Below are positions 44,701 through 48,251 of a stretch of 48,251 nucleotides of DNA, in pieces; positions within the stretch are counted from its first letter, which is position 1; every line of letters begins with the position of its first letter. The notes under the pieces were generated by a model that did not search any database, was not told where the DNA came from, and saw only the letters and a list, made by a program, of their open reading frames with translations. The stretch covers positions 1 to 48,251 of IMG/VR virus record IMGVR_UViG_3300037851_001108, one strand, 5' to 3'. Made by a program: the position numbers and the translations under genes. The stretch comes from a virus. Taxonomy: Duplodnaviria > Caudoviricetes.

Positions 44701-45531
44701 TGCGGCAACACATGGGATGGCCGCCGATGCGAAGACGGTGTTCTCTCCCTGACCCGCAGTCTGAATCTGTACGGTAATGCCCACCGCGCCAGCGGGCTCG
44801 ACGTGCCCCTGAGACTGGACGGCGACGCTCGTGGGCACGGTCGCGGAGGCGATGACCTCTTGCGTGGCTGTCGCCGCGAGGGTCGTGCTTGCTCGGATGG
44901 GCTCCTCGATCTCGACCCAGTCGAGGACTCCGTTCAGGTCCCAGATGAGGACGGCCGGCCGCAGGGCTCCAGCCGGCGGCACCTGCGAGATCCAATAGAG
45001 GGTGCCCCCGTACCAGTAGGTGACCTCTCCGCTCTGGACCCTGATCTCCAGCAGGGCCGAGGCCGAGTAGGCTCCCAGGTTCGATCGGATGTTCCCGTTC
45101 TCGTAGACGTAGAGGTTCCCGCTACTCGAAGCGAGGAAGTAGTAGTCGATGTTCCACGGCACGTCTTCCGGGTCGTCTGCGGAGAGGCCGATGTAGACGC
45201 TCTTGTCCGTCTGCCCGACCTTCGCTCGGAGGATCACGTCCCCGGGCAGGGACGGCAGGCCCCACAGGACGCCAGAACCGCTAGATGCCGCGATGCGTGT
45301 CAGCCCGTTGCGCTGGTTCTGGGTGTACTTGGCATCGGCCGGCCAGACGTTTCTCGGGAGGCTTTGGATCTCCAGCGTCGCCGTGGTGGCGACGATCGCT
45401 TGCGTCTGAAGCGTCGCGCTGGCGTACTTCTCGGCGACTGCGGACGGAGACACCGAGCACGAGACGGCGAGCGTGGCCGAAGCGAGAATCGCCCCCCCGG
45501 CCCGTGCTTGCCCCGTGCGTAGCCACGGCAT
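41770..45531 (-). CDS. 1253-aa Ala/Thr/Ser-rich 20-aa-repeat virion protein with two inserted globular domains
   Basis: Consecutive 20-aa units, e.g. ASATVPTSVAVQSQGHVEPA, GAVGITVQIQTAGQGENTVF, ASAAIPCVAAVSSSGAQDAH. Aromatic-rich beta domains near 44900-45360 and 43270-43790. Confidence 0.85.
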   Translation of the reverse strand: MPWLRTGQARAGGAILASATLAVSCSVSPSAVAEKYASATLQTQAIVATTATLEIQSLPRNVWPADAKYTQNQRNGLTRIAASSGSGVLWGLPSLPGDVILRAKVGQTDKSVYIGLSADDPEDVPWNIDYYFLASSSGNLYVYENGNIRSNLGAYSASALLEIRVQSGEVTYWYGGTLYWISQVPPAGALRPAVLIWDLNGVLDWVEIEEPIRASTTLAATATQEVIASATVPTSVAVQSQGHVEPAGAVGITVQIQTAGQGENTVFASAAIPCVAAVSSSGAQDAHGVALLAATVSISVAGEREVVGAASTLAVAAALDAAGTVERHGTAAVPVVVQQAASAEVAVASAASLPVVSAVSATGLRELNAAAAIPASFTLESAAECEQHAAASTATTVTTQAVGSPEVLGEAIIQALHVTLSAGVDVIDAAAELATLTGIAASATVPVEGGTTLPAAAAIAVSATLDVPAEGTLPGTFAVMATGDVATQLVEGTATIQVGTTTTAAGAQEAAGAATVLPTFTLAASATNETTTSAALSLLSAVSAAGQCEKRGTITRLVQTALVAGAQCETFAETTLPAHSHLWTFGPAAWVTVENVTIDGEDVIFDDSAGQARTAQLDPDVALRAVLPAALGSSGAFWAVSVGLTGTDPGTGYVYSAIVSIFRSFGSPHTIQVAWVEDQGGNQDVYSTSWEIPDGSEPHLEIRHCAGTVDLFVDGTGRLYQFFPVPLPEAFVQWNFASPIEYRVKAVQLTSRGGLVETYATATLGVVHTAVSVGVDTIPAAAEIPTTATLAAAGSQDVLASAQLSSAADLATSAATEVFGAATVASACSVVATGTPLPSGEATVQTLAAVAVSATPEVLAASTVPPVAEVAASGECDVVAAGELSAQAQLSTSATVEAHSDSSIAVAASVVASGLAEQVAASQIDATCDLSATATVEVSAAATLGPAHVLSAAAACEASGEATIHATCACSASASVSGQNDGAAEIDTAASLSTDAEVEVLAAAPIAVLVQTSPSAAVETTGSVAAPVHVVTEATAWIETFGATAIPASLSLAVAAEADRIGAATVSSTLVLGASGIPETTASAAVPVGVTFVATGEGEVHASALLTPVALVSAAGDIPGYSAGTAVLPVLVAVHASGSVVPTTIHVGGEGWGVVTPSVPISRQRGVAIRLQGVEAHARLGELDIGTTTVVQASGVSATTWVSRARLITSAVTHLEGVEAVGAVGFLDAWRTLTRQQRQRQVVDVLALWRRSA

Positions 45532-45534
45532 CGG

Positions 45535-46254
45535 CTAGATTCTCCCCGGCCTCCAGATGGATGACCACGGTTTCACGCCCTCGTGGTCGTAGGGCGTCCC
45601 GTAGTCTGGTCCGGTCGCTGCCCACGGCGGATCGGACGAGTCGGTTGCGTAGTTGCTTCCGGTCGCACTCAGGTCGCGACCGTTGCCTGAGTGGTCCGCT
45701 AGGTCGGTCGCGTTGTCCAGCCACCACGTCGCCCACACGTTCGACGCGTACGCGGGGGCCTTGACGTATCGTTCGGCCTCGAACTGCGTCGAGTTGAGGA
45801 CGACGCCCGACCACACCTTGACGTTGGCGACGGAGTAGTCGAACCAGTTGCCAGTGGACCACTCGCCGAAGAGGATCTCCACGAGAGCCGTCGGAAGCCC
45901 GTAGTGCGGGCGTGTGACGACAGAATAGGACTCGCCCTCCGCGAGAACGTCGCCTCCCCAATACGTGCTGTCCATGTAGAAGCAGCCGAAGTACCAGTCC
46001 CCGGAGACGTAGGCCCCACCGCAGGTGGTGTGCGCGGCATTGTTCAGAACGACCCGGTAGGAGGGATCTTGGTTATCGTACCCGAGCCCGCCGAACAGGC
46101 TGCCATCATCGGCATAGACCCTCACGAAATTCTGTTCGTAGGCGTAGGAGTTGTTCGAGTACAGCTTGACCCAGCAGGTCAGGCTGAAGTTGTCGATCTC
46201 CGGCCCCGTGACCCTTCTGATGTAGGTGCCGGTGCCGGTGAACCTGACGGACAC
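45535..46254 (-). CDS. LamG/concanavalin-like virion protein
   Basis: FSLTCWVK, GDWYF, VANVKVWSGVVL, DHSGNGRDL. No signal peptide. Confidence 0.8.
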   Translation of the reverse strand: MSVRFTGTGTYIRRVTGPEIDNFSLTCWVKLYSNNSYAYEQNFVRVYADDGSLFGGLGYDNQDPSYRVVLNNAAHTTCGGAYVSGDWYFGCFYMDSTYWGGDVLAEGESYSVVTRPHYGLPTALVEILFGEWSTGNWFDYSVANVKVWSGVVLNSTQFEAERYVKAPAYASNVWATWWLDNATDLADHSGNGRDLSATGSNYATDSSDPPWAATGPDYGTPYDHEGVKPWSSIWRPGRI

Positions 46255-46258
46255 CTGC

Positions 46259-46723
46259 CTACTCTTCCCACTCCAGCGTGGCTCGGATGTTGGTTGTGCT
46301 GTTGCCGGTCGGGTTGGTCACGCGGACGCCGAACTTGACCCCGTAGTAGGCCACCTCGTCCTGTCCGCGCTGGAAGACACGCTCGTATCCGCTCTGGAGG
46401 TGGCAGTAGATGGACCCCTTCACGGCACTCCACGTCGGCTCGCTCGACCAAGTCTCGATGACGCCCTGCGGGGTTGGGGCGCTCGTCTGGTTGATCTGCG
46501 GAGCCGCGATGAGCTGCTCGGTCGCCCCGGTTCCCGTCCCCGTGATGAGCCCCCACTCGACGAGCGCCGGCTTGTCGGCGGCGGCGACACCCTCGGCCGA
46601 GATCACAAGCCGCAGCCACGCGACTCCCTGATTCGTCGGAGCCCCGAGCGAAAGGATCGTCTTCGTCGTGTTCGCCGCGTAGCTGACCGCGCCGGAATCG
46701 TAGCTGCACAGGATTCGAGCCAT
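46259..46723 (-). CDS. Small beta-sandwich virion protein (possible spike base)
   Basis: AGGAGG RBS, beta-rich, ends TLEWEE, a terminus common in this class of phage structural proteins. Confidence 0.65.
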   Translation of the reverse strand: MARILCSYDSGAVSYAANTTKTILSLGAPTNQGVAWLRLVISAEGVAAADKPALVEWGLITGTGTGATEQLIAAPQINQTSAPTPQGVIETWSSEPTWSAVKGSIYCHLQSGYERVFQRGQDEVAYYGVKFGVRVTNPTGNSTTNIRATLEWEE

Positions 46724-46726
46724 CTT

Positions 46727-47479
46727 TCAAGACCTCCTCGTCCGCACAGGACGGGACGGAACGAAGCGGAGAAACGGACGCGTCAGAAAGGGCGGCGGCG
46801 GCGGCACGAACGGATTCAGGGCGATGATGTGTGTTGTGCCGGCGTCGCCACCGAACGCGGTCTGACGATTCGTCACATCACCGGAAGCGGACCCGCCAGT
46901 GGCGACCGTCTTGTAGCCCATCGAAACCGAAAGGCCGGTGGTGGTGGTCTGACGCCAGTACGCCTCGTTCTGCGAGAGCCCGTGTGAGCCTTGGAGCGTC
47001 CACTGGTTGTTGTCGGATGACAGCCACCAGTACGGGACAACCGCGTTGTTGTTTGTGGTCGTGAGGCCGGCCCTTGTCACGTCATACGGGTTGGCGGGGG
47101 CCGCGTAGCCCGCCTGCGCTAGCGCGGTGTCGATGGGCGAAGACGGGTCCACGCCCCGCCAAACGCTCATGTACGCGATGATCCCGTTCGTGCCAGACGT
47201 CACGGTAAAGCTCGGATCGGCAGACCACGTTCCGTTGAACTTGCAATGAAACATCCTCGACGTGATCACGGTGGACTGCGTTTGCTCGTTCTCGGATGTC
47301 CACGACTGTCCGCCGCTCTCTCCGACCGCGAGCGTAACTCCGGTGCCTCGGTAGGCGACCATGACGACGACGTAGTCGTCAGCCAACATGCTGGTTGGCG
47401 GAACGACAACGGCCGTCGGCCCGGCGTTCGCCGAGTTCTCGGAGCTGGGGTCCTTCGCCGTTCCAAAAAGCGAGATCAC
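46727..47479 (-). CDS. Thr/Ser-rich beta-sandwich virion protein
   Basis: Two similar beta repeats (DYVVVMVAY...WT...WRGVD). First gene after terL. Confidence 0.7.
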   Translation of the reverse strand: MISLFGTAKDPSSENSANAGPTAVVVPPTSMLADDYVVVMVAYRGTGVTLAVGESGGQSWTSENEQTQSTVITSRMFHCKFNGTWSADPSFTVTSGTNGIIAYMSVWRGVDPSSPIDTALAQAGYAAPANPYDVTRAGLTTTNNNAVVPYWWLSSDNNQWTLQGSHGLSQNEAYWRQTTTTGLSVSMGYKTVATGGSASGDVTNRQTAFGGDAGTTHIIALNPFVPPPPPFLTRPFLRFVPSRPVRTRRS

Positions 47480-47488
47480 ATTCAGCCC

Positions 47489-48251
47489 TTAGCCAAGGTA
47501 TTTGCTCCGTGCCACGCGGCGCTCTGTGCGGACTGTGGGCTCCGGCGCCGCAGCTGAGCTCGACAGGGCGGCCGCCACGGCGTCGGCCTGGCGGCGGACG
47601 TAGGCGGCTGGGTTCGTGCCGCCGAGGACGTGAAGAGCGGCGAGGCACAGCACCGCCGTGTCCAGCGCTTCGTTCGCTCGGTCCTGCACCCAGACCTGGC
47701 GCACCGCTACGCCGGACTTGTTCTGCTGGACTTCCCGGTGCTCGGCCGTGAGCTCCGACAGGTAGGACTCGTCGCAGACTGTCTCGCTGAGGTGCATGAA
47801 GCCGGGTCCCGGCTCCGTCGCCGTCAGACCCGCCAGGATGGAGGCCTTGGCGTCATCGACGTTCACGAGGAAGGGCGCGAGGAGGCGCCCAGGCTTCCGG
47901 TCTCCCCTCTTGTACACGACCGGCTTCCCGGCGTGGCCAGCTGAGCCCTTCGTGGGCCACACGCGATCCGCGGACCAGTGGGCGGCACAGAAGGCGTACA
48001 CCATGTCCGTCTCGTACCCGGAGTCGAAGCAGGTCCCGAGGATGCGCATCGGCCTGCCGCTGGCGTGCCGGTAGGGCGTGCGGATGGCCTCCAAGAGGGC
48101 GGCCTGGGTCTCCGGCCGCTTCGGGTCGCCCGGGATGGCCCGCCAGTCCACCACCCACCGCTCTAGGCCCGGGCCCCACCCGATCACCTGGAGAGCGAAT
48201 CGATCGACCTGGACGTCGACGCCGGCCGTCAGGACCGCCACCTGGGCCGGC
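47489..48251 (-). CDS. terL: Terminase large subunit, C-terminal nuclease part
   Basis: LTAGVDVQ, CFDSG, PTKG, LTAE, NEALDTAV. In frame with 1-1275 across the circular junction. Confidence 0.95.
   Translation of the reverse strand, partial: PAQVAVLTAGVDVQVDRFALQVIGWGPGLERWVVDWRAIPGDPKRPETQAALLEAIRTPYRHASGRPMRILGTCFDSGYETDMVYAFCAAHWSADRVWPTKGSAGHAGKPVVYKRGDRKPGRLLAPFLVNVDDAKASILAGLTATEPGPGFMHLSETVCDESYLSELTAEHREVQQNKSGVAVRQVWVQDRANEALDTAVLCLAALHVLGGTNPAAYVRRQADAVAAALSSSAAAPEPTVRTERRVARSKYLG
48125..48251. repeat. Terminal 127-bp direct repeat, copy 2
   Basis: Identical to bases 1-127. Confidence 0.97.

Overview
This window is an apparently complete, circularly assembled genome of about 48,124 bp (bases 1-127 are repeated at 48125-48251) from a very GC-rich temperate siphovirus. 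Almost all genes are on the minus strand. It has lambda-type packaging and head genes (Nu1-like small terminase, gpA-like large terminase split across the contig ends, gpW, portal, ClpP-type protease/scaffold, gpD, gpE). The tail is non-contractile, with a -1 frameshifted chaperone and a tape measure protein. A tyrosine integrase sits beside an attP whose core is the 3' end of a tRNA-Sec (selC). The immunity switch is compact, with ribbon-helix-helix-type regulators and twin palindromic operators. An early/replication operon is followed by a TIGR02594-type endolysin and about 15 membrane or secreted-protein genes. The most unusual part is an accessory block threaded through the head module: a 1253-aa protein of 20-aa Ala/Thr/Ser repeats with two repeat classes and two inserted globular domains, two small putative partner subunits and lectin-like proteins. 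Three different glycosyltransferases and a methyltransferase are tightly coupled to late genes. I interpret this, by inference, as a ruler-templated, glycosylated virion appendage. Also notable: a catalytically truncated second integrase coupled into the early operon, an HTH gene with a 3x13-bp repeat in front of the portal operon, and a fully overlapping antiparallel ORF pair. The host is unknown; Acidobacteriota (Vicinamibacteria-like) is a tentative guess. All family assignments come from motif recognition, not database searches.
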